A stretch of DNA of 64,000 nt from Candidatus Saccharimonadia bacterium (lineage in GTDB: Bacteria > Patescibacteriota > SICC01). A program made the position numbers and the translations under genes. Location: positions 68,279 to 132,278 of the forward strand of contig JANWJF010000001.1 in assembly GCA_025449535.1 (NCBI GenBank), given 5' to 3'. Within the stretch, counting starts at the first letter, position 1. Each line of letters begins with the position of its first letter. This document shows, piece after piece, positions 8,820 through 18,662 of the stretch. Below the pieces are notes generated by a model. That model was given only the letters and a program-made list of their open reading frames with translations. It had not been told where the DNA came from and ran no database searches.

Positions 8820-9592
8820 CGCACGTACACCCTTCCCGGCACCCGCAGGTCCGCGTATTCGAATGGCCGTTCGCGCGGCACGGCCAGCTTCAGCGCGTCG
8901 GCCTGCGACTCGACCGGACGGGTGGCGTCGAAGATGGCGTACCAACCGTCCTTGGTGACCGCTTGCACCTCGAACGTGGTCTCGGGAATCCGGAATCCGG
9001 TTACTTCGAACCCGCGGTCCTTAAGCGATTGCCGGATCTCCTCCAGGACGGTGATAAACGTGCCGCCCACGACCTGCTCGCCGACGGTGACGGGCAGGTT
9101 CGTCGAGTCTTCCACCGTCAGGAGCTCCTCGTCCATGTCGGCCGCCTCCTCATACGCCACGCCTTGCTGGTCGACGAGGTAAGCCTGTCCGCCGGTCTTC
9201 CAGAGCAGTGTGGAACGGCGTTCCGAGACGGCAAGTACCGCCGTATCCGGCAACGTGGTGGTGACTTCGGCGGTGGCCACTTCCGGCACCGCCCGCTTCA
9301 CGGCATCGGCGATGCTTCCCTTATCCACCAGGAAGATCGACCGGGTGTGCAGCGGCCCGAAGGAACGCTCGCTGGCCTCGAAGACGACTTTGCGGAGCTC
9401 TTCCGCGGACAGGGCCCGTACGCCCTCGACCTTCACCTGGTCGACCCAGAACACCGGTGAGAATACGAGCAGATAGCCGATGCCGGCCAAGACCGCGGCC
9501 AGCACCAACCCGACCGCCCAGAACTTCCCGTACCCGCGGCGGGAGCGGGTCCATTCGCCGCGGCGGTAGTTGGTGCGTCGATTGGTCGGCAT
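8816..9592 (-). CDS. ftsQ: Cell division protein FtsQ/DivIB
   Basis: 258 aa. N-terminal TM helix followed by a POTRA-like block VDQVKVEGVRALSAEELRK. Position in the dcw cluster after murB fits. Confidence 0.7.
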   Translation of the reverse strand: MPTNRRTNYRRGEWTRSRRGYGKFWAVGLVLAAVLAGIGYLLVFSPVFWVDQVKVEGVRALSAEELRKVVFEASERSFGPLHTRSIFLVDKGSIADAVKRAVPEVATAEVTTTLPDTAVLAVSERRSTLLWKTGGQAYLVDQQGVAYEEAADMDEELLTVEDSTNLPVTVGEQVVGGTFITVLEEIRQSLKDRGFEVTGFRIPETTFEVQAVTKDGWYAIFDATRPVESQADALKLAVPRERPFEYADLRVPGRVYVR

Positions 9593-9612
9593 ACGTTCCT
9601 ATTATCCCTTAC

Positions 9613-10497
9613 TCAGCGCTCTCCGAGCCAGACGACTGATTCGGTCAGCTTGATCCCGAGCTGCATCTTCACGCGGGCCTTCATGCGCTGGGCCAGGTTG
9701 TAGACGTCGCGGGCAGTGGCGCCGTCGTCGTTGATGATCGCGTTGGGATTCTTCTCGGAAACCATCGCCCCGCCCTCGCGCTCGCCGCCCATACCCACCT
9801 TGCCGAGCAGGTCGCGAGCCCGTTGGCGTGGCGGATCGGAGAACACGAAGACAAACGGCTTGCCGGCCGGTTCTCCCCGGAGACGCTCCTGGGTGGCCTC
9901 GGCGATCAGCCGGGTCGATTCCGCCGCTTCGCGCCGGACCGTCTCTAGGGTGGCGCTGAGCACCCACTCCTTGCCTTCCCCGAGACGGGCGGAGCCAGCG
10001 TCGCCGTACTTGAGGTCGGCGGGCGTGACATCGACGACGCGTCCGCCCGAGAACAGCGATAACCGCTTGACCCGGTCCGCGAACCGCAGCGTCCCCCGGG
10101 CCGCTCCTTCGGCAATCGCCCCGCCAATCGAACCAGCGTACCCGGCGAAGATCTCCAGACCTCCCCGTTCCTCCTCGGTCAAGCGGCCGATCAGCTCGTG
10201 CACGGGCAGCCCCGCCTCCACGACGACATCCCCGTCCACCAGTTCGTAGCGTCGGGCCCGGCAGCGGACGACCAGGCCGCGATAGCCGTGGTCGCCGCAA
10301 ACGATCCGACTCCCGCAGCCGACGACCGTCACCGGCAGGTCGTTCTCGGCGGCGTCGGCCAGGAGGTCACGGAGCGTCGCCATGTCATCCGCCTCGGCGT
10401 AAAAATCGGCGTTGCCACCGGTCCCGATCTTGGTCTTCTTGCCGACGGGCTCGTTCACCCGGACGCCATACCGCGCCAGGAACCCGGGATCCTTCAC
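9613..10497 (-). CDS. murB: UDP-N-acetylenolpyruvoylglucosamine reductase MurB
   Basis: 294 aa. KIGTGGNADFYAEA... FAD-binding N-terminus typical of MurB. Context fits. Confidence 0.8.
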   Translation of the reverse strand: MKDPGFLARYGVRVNEPVGKKTKIGTGGNADFYAEADDMATLRDLLADAAENDLPVTVVGCGSRIVCGDHGYRGLVVRCRARRYELVDGDVVVEAGLPVHELIGRLTEEERGGLEIFAGYAGSIGGAIAEGAARGTLRFADRVKRLSLFSGGRVVDVTPADLKYGDAGSARLGEGKEWVLSATLETVRREAAESTRLIAEATQERLRGEPAGKPFVFVFSDPPRQRARDLLGKVGMGGEREGGAMVSEKNPNAIINDDGATARDVYNLAQRMKARVKMQLGIKLTESVVWLGER

Positions 10498-11885
10498 ATC
10501 CGCTCCAGCCGTTCCGCCAGCGCCTGGGCGAACCGGTCGTTGCCGGCCACGGACATCGAGAGCACCACATCGCCCGGCTTGGCGGCCTTCGTCACGGCAT
10601 CCAGTAGCTTCTCTCGGTCCTCGACATAGGTCAGGTCCGCCTTCGACCGCTTCACGATATCCGCTCCGGAGACCGTGGCAGCGTCTCCCTTCTCCCGGGC
10701 GCCTTCTATCTTCGTGATGAAGCCCTGGTCGGCGTCGCCGAAGGCCTCGCCGTATTCGCCCAACAGCTCCTTGGTCCGGGAGTACGTGTGCGGCTGATAG
10801 ACGGCGACCACCCGGCTTTCCGGGTAGTGCAGCTTGGCCGCCCGGATCGTGGTCTTGGCCTCGGTCGGGTGATGGGCATAGTCGTCGATGACGGTAATCG
10901 CGGCATCCGGCCGCGAGACCGGCTCGAAGCGCCGGGACGCGCCCTGGAACGACGCGAATCCCGTGGCGACCGACTCGAACGACAGACCCTCCTCGAGCAG
11001 CACCGCGGCGGCGGCCAACGCGTTCAGCACGTTGTGTTCCCCGTACAGCGGGACGGCCAGTTCCCCGAGCGCGTCGTCATGATGCCTCAGGGTGAACCGG
11101 ATGCCGTCCGGTTCGTAGCGCGGATGTTCCGGGATCCAGTCGGCACCCTCGAAGGCATACGAGTGCCGTTCCCCGGGGAACGCCTGCGCGATCTCCCGGA
11201 CGGTCTCGCTGCCGGACCAATGCACCAGGCGGCCGTCGGCCGGCAGGTCGGCGATCAGGCTGGCGAAACGGTCCTTGACCGCCGCCAGGTCCCGAAAGAA
11301 GTCCGGATGGTCGTGCTCGACGGACGTCAGGATCAGGACGTCGGGCCGGTAGTGCGCGAACTTGGAACTGTCGTCGAGTTGTGAACTGCGGTATTCGTCG
11401 CCTTCGATGGCCGCCACCTTTCCGCCGCGCAACCGCACGCTGGTATCGAAGTTCCGCGGCTGGATGCCGACCAGGAAGTCCGGCGCGAGACCGGCGGACT
11501 CCAACGTCCAGGCCAGCAGTGAGGTGGTGGTTGTCTTACCGTGCGTCCCGGCGACCACGATCCGGCGCGCCCGCCGGGTGAGGTCGCCGACGAGCTCGGC
11601 GAAGGACATGACGGGAATCCCCAACCGCTTCGCCTCGACGATCTCAAGGTGGTCCGGCGGGATACTGCCGGTGACGATCACCGTGTCGACGCCCTTCAGG
11701 TGTGCCGCGGTCGGCTTCCGGAACCAGGTGATTCCCTGCTCGTCCAACCAATCGCTGCCCGGCGGGTAGGCGCCTTCGTCGGTACCGGTGACTGCGTAGC
11801 CGAGCTCTCGGGCGGCCAGGGCCACGCCCCGGATCGCATGCCCGCTGATTCCCAGGAAGTGTAGGTGTTCCTTGGCCTTACCCAT
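10494..11885 (-). CDS. murC: UDP-N-acetylmuramate--L-alanine ligase MurC
   Basis: HFLGISGHAIRGVA, GTHGKTTTTS P-loop, VIDDYAHHPTE. Start set to MGKAKEH... (track ORF trimmed by 16 codons). Confidence 0.85.
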   Translation of the reverse strand: MGKAKEHLHFLGISGHAIRGVALAARELGYAVTGTDEGAYPPGSDWLDEQGITWFRKPTAAHLKGVDTVIVTGSIPPDHLEIVEAKRLGIPVMSFAELVGDLTRRARRIVVAGTHGKTTTTSLLAWTLESAGLAPDFLVGIQPRNFDTSVRLRGGKVAAIEGDEYRSSQLDDSSKFAHYRPDVLILTSVEHDHPDFFRDLAAVKDRFASLIADLPADGRLVHWSGSETVREIAQAFPGERHSYAFEGADWIPEHPRYEPDGIRFTLRHHDDALGELAVPLYGEHNVLNALAAAAVLLEEGLSFESVATGFASFQGASRRFEPVSRPDAAITVIDDYAHHPTEAKTTIRAAKLHYPESRVVAVYQPHTYSRTKELLGEYGEAFGDADQGFITKIEGAREKGDAATVSGADIVKRSKADLTYVEDREKLLDAVTKAAKPGDVVLSMSVAGNDRFAQALAERLERM

Positions 11886-12975
11886 CGCTTCGTGCCGTAT
11901 CGAGTACGAGTTTCGCGACCGCCGCGGCCGCATCCGGACGCGCCAGCTGCTTCGCGGCCCGCCCCATCCGGGAACGCCGTGTGGGGTCGTGCAGGAGCTT
12001 CAGGACAGCGCGGGCCAGCGTAGGCGCGTCGAGATCCGCTTCGGGCAACACTAGCGCGGCCCGGTGTTCCCCGAGCAAGGCCGCGTTGGCCTCCTGGTGG
12101 CCGGAAGCGGACGAGGATAACGGTATCAGGATCGCTGGTTTGCCGACCGCGGCGATGTCCGCGATGCCCCCCGCACCGGCTCGGGAAACGATCAGGTCGG
12201 CACCCGCATACGCATCGAACAGGTCCTCCGCGAACGAGGCTACGGCATGGTAGCGCTTCCGAAGCTTCGCCGGGACCGTGCGGCCGTACTGTTCGTCCTT
12301 CCAGCGCTCCCCTACCTGATGGACGACCTGACACTCCGGCAGGAGTTCGGGTAGCGCAGCGGAGACCAGCCCATTGACGCTGAGCGAGCCCTGGGAGCCG
12401 CCTAGGACCAGTACCGTCGGCACGTTCGCTCGCAGGTCGAAGCGCTTGCGGAACCGGCCGGGATTACCCTTTGTCACCCCTGTCGGGATCGGGTTCCCGG
12501 TGAGGACCAGGTTCGAGTCCGGCACCCAGGGCATCCGTTCCGGAGGGAACGAGACGGCGACCGCGGCAGCCCACTTCTCGGTCATCCGGTTCGCCAGGCC
12601 GGGTACGACGTCCGATTCATGCAGGACGATCGGGACCTTGAGCCGCTTGGCCGCCCGGGCCACCGGCAGCGAGACGAAGCCTCCCTTGGCGAACAGCACG
12701 TCCGGCTTGAACCGTTTGACGATGCGGAGACTCTGCCGGTAGCCCCGGAGGACTCGGAACGGCTCGAGCAGCGTACGCATGGCGAAGTACCGGCGCAGCT
12801 TGCCCGTATCGACCGCTTCGAACGCGAATCCGGCCTGCTTCACGCGCCGTCGATCGGCCGGATTGGTGCTTCCGACGAACAGGACCTCCGCCCCGCGGCG
12901 CTTCAGCTCAGCCGATACTGCGAGCGCCGGCATGACGTGTCCGCCGGTTCCCCCGCCGGCGACCAATACTCGCAT
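11878..12975 (-). CDS. murG: Undecaprenyldiphospho-muramoylpentapeptide beta-N-acetylglucosaminyltransferase MurG
   Basis: MRVLVAGGGTGGHVMPALAV N-terminus. 365 aa. Confidence 0.85.
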   Translation of the reverse strand: MRVLVAGGGTGGHVMPALAVSAELKRRGAEVLFVGSTNPADRRRVKQAGFAFEAVDTGKLRRYFAMRTLLEPFRVLRGYRQSLRIVKRFKPDVLFAKGGFVSLPVARAAKRLKVPIVLHESDVVPGLANRMTEKWAAAVAVSFPPERMPWVPDSNLVLTGNPIPTGVTKGNPGRFRKRFDLRANVPTVLVLGGSQGSLSVNGLVSAALPELLPECQVVHQVGERWKDEQYGRTVPAKLRKRYHAVASFAEDLFDAYAGADLIVSRAGAGGIADIAAVGKPAILIPLSSSASGHQEANAALLGEHRAALVLPEADLDAPTLARAVLKLLHDPTRRSRMGRAAKQLARPDAAAAVAKLVLDTARSDG

Positions 12976-14086
12976 GGCTAGCCTCCTTTCCGCCGGCCAC
13001 CGTATGGCGCGACACGTTCATGACGATTCCCATCGCGGTCAGCAGGACGACCAGTGACGATCCGCCGAGCGAAATGAACGGCAGCGTCACCCCGGTGAGC
13101 GGGATCAACGACAACATCGCGGCGACGTTCACGATCGCCTGCAGGGTGACCCAGGTAATGAACCCGGTGACCAACAACCGCCCGAAGTCGTCCGGAGCGT
13201 ATCGCGCGATCCGAAGGCCCCGCCGGGCCAGGAAGGCGAACGTCGCCAGCAAGGCCACGGAAGCCAGGAAGCCCAGTTCCTCCCCGATCACGGCGAAGAT
13301 CGAGTCGTTCATTGGCTCCGGCAGATAGAAGTTCTTCTGGAGCGAGTTGTTGAAACCGACCCCGAACAGTCCGCCCGAGCCGATGGCCACCAGCGCCTGC
13401 TGGACGTGGTAGCCCGTGCCCTGGGTGTCCTTGGACGGGTCCAGGAACGTCAGGAACCGGTTGATTCGATACGGCGCGGTCGCGATCAGGACGGCCACGA
13501 CGCCGAACAGGCCGGCGAAGGACATCCCGATGTGCCGGAGCGGCGCCCCGGCCGTGAAGTACATCGTCAGGGCGGTCCCGGCCAACACGGCGGTCGTACC
13601 GAGGTCGGGCTGCAGCATGATCAGCCCACCGAGCAGAGCGGTGACCGCGGCAAACGGCAGAAACGTGCCGGTGAAGTCGTCTTTCTTTCGGCGACCGGAC
13701 AACCAGGCAGCCAGGTAGACGACCAGGGCCAGCTTGGCGACCTCGGAGACCTGCAGCGGCACCACGCCGAGATCGATCCAGCGCCGAGCGCCGCCATGTT
13801 CGAACCCGACGCCCGGGATGAACAGGACCAGGAGCAGCGCGACGGCCGCCAGGAGCAGCGGTAGGGCGAGCTTCTTCCAGACCTGATAGTGGACGCGTTG
13901 GGCGACGTAGAACGCCAGCAGGCCGACCAAGAGCGAGCCCAGCTGTTGGGTGAAGTAATAGTACCCGTTGCCCTTCAGCTGAAAGGACTGCACCTGGCCG
14001 GCGGAGAGGATCATCAGGAGGCCGAACGCCGAGAGGGCCACCACCGTCAGGAAGAACGTGTAGTCCGGCCGGTGGGCCCGTGCCAT
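12908..14086 (-). CDS. ftsW: Peptidoglycan glycosyltransferase FtsW (SEDS family)
   Basis: 392 aa polytopic membrane protein with SEDS-type sequence. 3' end overlaps the murG start by 68 nt. Confidence 0.85.
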   Translation of the reverse strand: MARAHRPDYTFFLTVVALSAFGLLMILSAGQVQSFQLKGNGYYYFTQQLGSLLVGLLAFYVAQRVHYQVWKKLALPLLLAAVALLLVLFIPGVGFEHGGARRWIDLGVVPLQVSEVAKLALVVYLAAWLSGRRKKDDFTGTFLPFAAVTALLGGLIMLQPDLGTTAVLAGTALTMYFTAGAPLRHIGMSFAGLFGVVAVLIATAPYRINRFLTFLDPSKDTQGTGYHVQQALVAIGSGGLFGVGFNNSLQKNFYLPEPMNDSIFAVIGEELGFLASVALLATFAFLARRGLRIARYAPDDFGRLLVTGFITWVTLQAIVNVAAMLSLIPLTGVTLPFISLGGSSLVVLLTAMGIVMNVSRHTVAGGKEASHASIGRRRGNRRTRHAGARSIG

Positions 14087-14110
14087 CAGATGACTCCTTT
14101 CCTCAGGCGA

Positions 14111-14161
14111 GGACCGCCGCCGCGGACCGTCAGACGCGCCTTCAGGTCCGCGGCGGCGGCC
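14111..14161. other. Stable ~15-bp GC stem-loop in the mraY-ftsW intergenic region
   Basis: GGACCGCCGCCGCGGACC - 16-nt loop - GGTCCGCGGCGGCGGCC. It occupies the 89-bp gap where murD normally sits. Confidence 0.4.
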
Positions 14162-14174
14162 TGAGCGACCGCCA

Positions 14175-15182
14175 TCAGGAGCCTCCGCCGACCACGCCGG
14201 CCACCAGTCCGACCACCGCGCAGACCGCGCCGATGATCCAGAACCGCATCGTGACCTTGGTCTCCGGCCAGCCGATCGCCTCGAAGTGATGATGGATCGG
14301 CGTGGACCTGAAGATCTTCCGGCCCAGGAACTTCTTGCTGAGCAGCTGGACGATCACGGAGAGCGTCTCCGCGGCGAACACGAACCCGATGATCGGCAGA
14401 ATCAGCAGCGCGTCGTTGAGCGCCGCCACCACCGCCAGCGTCGCCCCGAGCGCCATCGAACCCGTGTCTCCCATGAAGAACCGGGCGGGATGGATATTGA
14501 ACCACAGGAAGGCCAACAGCGCCCCGACCACCGAACCGCAGAAGGCGGCCAGCAGGTACAGCTCGTTGACGTAGGAGAGCGCCCCGAACGCGGTGAACGA
14601 GATCGCCAGGAGTCCGGCGGCCAGGCCGTCCAGGCCGTCGGTGATGTTCACGGCGTTGGTCGTGGCCACCATCGCGATGATGAACAGCGGGATATAGAGC
14701 CAGCCGATCGTGAAGTCGCCTACCGCTGGGACGTGCAGCGAGGTATAACCGAGTTTCTCGTAGAACCACCAGGCGCCCACGGCGCCGATACCCAGCTGGG
14801 CGACGATCTTGTGCCACACCCGGATGCCGCCGCCGGAAGGACCGATACCGCGGATATTCAGGTAGTCGTCGACGACGCCGATCACCCCGACTGAGACCAA
14901 CGTGAACAGCGGCAGCCAGGTCTCGCCACGGTCGGAGTTGAAGAGCAGTGTCGCCAGGGCCACGGTCACCCAAATCAGCAGCCCGCCCATCGTGGGAGTG
15001 CCGGCCTTGGCGGCATGAAGCTTCCGGAAGACGGGCGCTCCCCCGCCGACGCCGGTCGTCCGCAGTCGCTTGCCGAGCCGATACTTGTAGAGAATCCCGG
15101 ACCAGAACGGCGTCGCGGCCATGGCGGCCACGAACGAGAAGGTCGAGAGCAGGAAGATGTTGTTTAGATACGCGGTTTCCAT
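14175..15182 (-). CDS. mraY: Phospho-N-acetylmuramoyl-pentapeptide transferase MraY
   Basis: 335 aa. Classic MraY membrane topology and motifs (NAVNITDGLDGLAAG). Confidence 0.9.
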   Translation of the reverse strand: METAYLNNIFLLSTFSFVAAMAATPFWSGILYKYRLGKRLRTTGVGGGAPVFRKLHAAKAGTPTMGGLLIWVTVALATLLFNSDRGETWLPLFTLVSVGVIGVVDDYLNIRGIGPSGGGIRVWHKIVAQLGIGAVGAWWFYEKLGYTSLHVPAVGDFTIGWLYIPLFIIAMVATTNAVNITDGLDGLAAGLLAISFTAFGALSYVNELYLLAAFCGSVVGALLAFLWFNIHPARFFMGDTGSMALGATLAVVAALNDALLILPIIGFVFAAETLSVIVQLLSKKFLGRKIFRSTPIHHHFEAIGWPETKVTMRFWIIGAVCAVVGLVAGVVGGGS

Positions 15183-15198
15183 GTTTGTTTACCTTATT

Positions 15199-16482
15199 CT
15201 AGCCCCGCTTCCCCCAGTCAGTCACGCCCGCACGCCTGGCGTGCCACGGATTGTTGAGCCGCTGGAGCAGTCGGGCACGATCCCGCGGGTGCTTCAGCTC
15301 GGCGGCCACGACTTGCTCCAGGTACATCGACTGCGAACCCTTCACCAGCAGCGAGCCGCCTTTCCCGAGCTGGTCGACGATCTTGGCGGCTTCCAGCGCG
15401 TTCGAAGCCAGGTGGATCGACCCGGCGGCCAAGCGGGCCTCCTTGGCCGCGGCCGCGATTATCGCCGCTTCGTCCCCTACCGCTACGAGCTCGTCCACCA
15501 GTTTGGCGGCGGCCTTGCCGACCGCACGGTGGCCGGCCGCCGACTCCGAGCCGAGCTCCTTCATATCCCCGAGTACCGCGCGACGTGGCCGCGGGAACGC
15601 CTGCAGGGCTTCCAGCGAGGCGATCACCGCCTCGGGCGAGGCGTTGTAGGTGTCGTCGATGACCGTCCGGCCGTCCTTGCCCTCGAAGACCCGCAAGCGA
15701 CCCGGGGACGGGATCCACTTCGCCGCGGCCTTGAGGGAGTCGACGGGCGGTACCTCTAACACGTCCGCCGTCGCCAAGCCGGCGATGATCGCGGATAGTT
15801 GCGGCTTGCCGTGCACGCCGGTCCGGAGCGCTTCTTCCCGCTCCCCAAGCGCGATCGTCGTGCGGTATCCGCCGCGTTCGTGTTCGGCGCCGAGCAAGCG
15901 TACGTGTGCCTCGGACGCCTCGCCGTACAACCGGACCTTGGCTGTAGTCAGGGAGCGCATCGCCCGCACCCGCGGGTCATCCGCGTTAAGGACCGCGGTG
16001 CCGTCCTTCCGCAGACACCGGACCAACCATCCCTTCTCATCCGCGATCTGGTCGATCGAGTCGTAGAACTCCCGGTGCACGTTCCGGACGTTCGTGACCA
16101 TGGCCACGTCCGGACGGACCAGAGTAGCCAGATGTTTCATGTCGCCCGGTTTGTCGGCAGCTAGCTCGAGCACCAGTACTTCCGGATACTCGGCGGTCCC
16201 GGCCAACAGCCGCAGGGACCGCAGTAGCAGCCAGGGCCATCCCCACGGCCGCGGCAACGGCATGCCCAGTATGGTCAACGGCACGCCGACCTCCGTGTTG
16301 TAGTTGCCTTCGGTCTGGCGGACGCGGTAGCGGGTCGCCAGCATCGCGGCCGTGACTTCCTTGGTCGAGGTCTTGCCCACGCTGCCGGTGACCGCCACGA
16401 CCCGCGGCCGGTAGCGGGCCAGGACGCCGCGGGCGAGGAGCGTCAGCCAAAAGACCAGGATGCGACGAATCAGTGATTTCAT
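15199..16482 (-). CDS. murF: UDP-N-acetylmuramoyl-tripeptide--D-alanyl-D-alanine ligase MurF
   Basis: VAVTGSVGKTSTKE P-loop and TVIDDTYNASPEAV (MurF-specific, not MurE or MurD). 427 aa. Confidence 0.85.
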   Translation of the reverse strand: MKSLIRRILVFWLTLLARGVLARYRPRVVAVTGSVGKTSTKEVTAAMLATRYRVRQTEGNYNTEVGVPLTILGMPLPRPWGWPWLLLRSLRLLAGTAEYPEVLVLELAADKPGDMKHLATLVRPDVAMVTNVRNVHREFYDSIDQIADEKGWLVRCLRKDGTAVLNADDPRVRAMRSLTTAKVRLYGEASEAHVRLLGAEHERGGYRTTIALGEREEALRTGVHGKPQLSAIIAGLATADVLEVPPVDSLKAAAKWIPSPGRLRVFEGKDGRTVIDDTYNASPEAVIASLEALQAFPRPRRAVLGDMKELGSESAAGHRAVGKAAAKLVDELVAVGDEAAIIAAAAKEARLAAGSIHLASNALEAAKIVDQLGKGGSLLVKGSQSMYLEQVVAAELKHPRDRARLLQRLNNPWHARRAGVTDWGKRG

Positions 16483-18203
16483 GAGGGAGGGGCGTTATAG
16501 TACTGCAGCAGGAACTTGGCCACTTCCCCGAACGTCGGTGCGGCGGACTCTTCGGCGAACGTGACGCCCTTCGGCCGGTCGACCTTCACCAGCATCACGA
16601 ACTTGGGGTCGTTCGCCGGGGCGAACCCGACGAAGTTGCCGATCGTCGCGTTCTCCTCGTAGGCGCCGCCCGACGCGATCTGGGCCGTACCCGTCTTCCC
16701 GGCCACCCGGTAGCCCTGCACCGCCGCCGGCCGGCCCGCGCCCGCCTCCACCACCCGGATCATCATGCCGGTGATCTGGGACGCCGCCCGGGGGCTGATC
16801 GCCTGCCGGACGACCTTGGGCTTGGTGACCTCCACCGTGCCGTCCTGGTGCTGGATGCGGTCGACGATGTGCGGCTGCACCAGCTTGCCCTGGTTGGCGA
16901 AGCTGCCGACCGCGGTCAGGAGTTGGACCGGCGTGACCGAGATACCCTGGCCGAATGACATGGTGGCCAACCGGACCTCGGTCAGCTCCGACAGCGCCGG
17001 CAGGTTCGGCGTGACCTCGCCGGCCACCTCGAGCCCGGACGGGGTCCCGAACCCGAACCGCTTCACGTAGTCGTAGAGCGGCCGGCCGCCCATCCGTTGG
17101 ACGGCCTGGACCATTCCCACGTTGTCGGACCGTTCGATCGCATCGGTCATGGTGCCGTCGCCGTACGGCCGACGCTCGGCGTTGAAGATCTCGCGGTCCG
17201 CCACCTTGATGGAGGCGGTGCCCTTGTACGGCGTGTCCGGCGTCACGGCGCCCGCGTCCAGGGCGGAGGCCATCACGATGGTCTTGAACGTCGAACCCGG
17301 CTCGTAAGTACCGGTGACGGCCTGGTTGGTGTACGACGCCACGTCGAAAGCACCGAACCGGTTGGGGTCGAAGGTCGGCCGGGAGGCCATCGCCACGATC
17401 GCACCGGTCTTCGGGTCCATCACCATGATGCTGCCGCCGTCGGCGCTGAACCGGTCCACCATCGCGTCCAACGCTTCCTCGACCTTGAACTGCACGTTAC
17501 GGTCGATCGTCAGGACGACGTTGTCGCCGTCCTTGGGCGGCGTGTAGCTGGCCACGCCGAGCGCCAACTCCTGGCCGGTGGCGTTCTTGGCCTGACCGAC
17601 CGAGCCGACCGAGCCATGCAGGATGTCGTCGAAGTAGGACTCGATCCCGTACTGTCCCTTGCCGTCCGAGTTCACGAACCCAAGGACCTGCGCGGCCAAG
17701 CCGTCCTCCGGGTAGAACCGGGTCGGGCTGGGCGTGAGATAGATGCCGGACAGCGCCAACTTCTCGAGCTCCTTGGAGCGGTCGTAGTCGATCGTCCCGA
17801 GCGGCGGCAGGTACAGCTTGTCGTTGTTGATGTCCTTCAGGATGATGTCCGGCTCGGTCTCCAGGATCTTGCCGAGCTCCTTGGCCGTCTCCTCCTTGTC
17901 GGTCACCTGGCTCGGCACCACGTTGACCGCATACTCGATCTGATTGGTCGCCAGCGGGTAGGTCGCGGTACCGCCGTCCTTCACCAGGATCTGGCCCCGG
18001 CGTCCGACCAGTTCCTTCTGCTGGTACTGCTGTTCATGGGCCAGCGTCTTGTAGGTCGGATGCTCGAGCAGTTGCTTCTGGGCCAACCGGAGCCCTAGGA
18101 ACGAGATCAACAATACGAGCACCAGGCTGATGAACATCAGCCGGCGTCGTTGGAGGTTCTGGGTGGATTGCTCGGTCACGGATAGGGTTTGTTTCTCCCC
18201 CAT
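16479..18203 (-). CDS. ftsI: Peptidoglycan D,D-transpeptidase FtsI (class B PBP)
   Basis: 574 aa. N-terminal TM helix. STFK active-site motif (GSTFKTIVMASALDAG), SxN and KTG motifs present. Confidence 0.85.
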   Translation of the reverse strand: MGEKQTLSVTEQSTQNLQRRRLMFISLVLVLLISFLGLRLAQKQLLEHPTYKTLAHEQQYQQKELVGRRGQILVKDGGTATYPLATNQIEYAVNVVPSQVTDKEETAKELGKILETEPDIILKDINNDKLYLPPLGTIDYDRSKELEKLALSGIYLTPSPTRFYPEDGLAAQVLGFVNSDGKGQYGIESYFDDILHGSVGSVGQAKNATGQELALGVASYTPPKDGDNVVLTIDRNVQFKVEEALDAMVDRFSADGGSIMVMDPKTGAIVAMASRPTFDPNRFGAFDVASYTNQAVTGTYEPGSTFKTIVMASALDAGAVTPDTPYKGTASIKVADREIFNAERRPYGDGTMTDAIERSDNVGMVQAVQRMGGRPLYDYVKRFGFGTPSGLEVAGEVTPNLPALSELTEVRLATMSFGQGISVTPVQLLTAVGSFANQGKLVQPHIVDRIQHQDGTVEVTKPKVVRQAISPRAASQITGMMIRVVEAGAGRPAAVQGYRVAGKTGTAQIASGGAYEENATIGNFVGFAPANDPKFVMLVKVDRPKGVTFAEESAAPTFGEVAKFLLQYYNAPPS

Positions 18204-18227
18204 TGTAGCCGTACCGGGCTGCCGAGC

Positions 18228-18563
18228 CTACGAGGCGTACGCGTCGGCGGCCGTCCGGCCCGGCGTCAGCTTGCCGTCGCCCGACTTCTTGATCTGCTGC
18301 AGCGACTGCAGTCGCGCCGCTTCCGTCGAAAGCCGCTCGTTCTGCTCGATGATATCGGCCTTCTGGGCCTCCAGCGCCTTCAGTTGCAGGTTCTGGGTCG
18401 AGACCCGGTTGGATTGCACCAGGTAGAACAAGGCCAGCAAGGCCAGGGTGACCACGAAGACGAACCGGACGGTGACCGGTCCGACGCGCACTCCGGCGCG
18501 GCTGATCGTCCGTCCTCTCGTGCCCATCCGGGCGGTGTTAGCCGTAAGCGTAACTAAACTCAT
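18228..18563 (-). CDS. ftsL: Cell division protein FtsL-like
   Basis: Trimmed to MSLVTLTAN... A single TM helix followed by a coiled-coil/leucine-zipper region (LQLKALEAQKADIIEQNERL). GAGGAGGAGG RBS upstream. Confidence 0.55.
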   Translation of the reverse strand: MSLVTLTANTARMGTRGRTISRAGVRVGPVTVRFVFVVTLALLALFYLVQSNRVSTQNLQLKALEAQKADIIEQNERLSTEAARLQSLQQIKKSGDGKLTPGRTAADAYAS

Positions 18564-18662
18564 GTCGCTCCCTCCTCCTCTGTTTTCGTGCCGCCCCTCA
18601 GCGGCTGCGTTGAATATTCCCTGCCGGCGTCGCCAGCCGGCAGATACCATCCTCGATGGTGC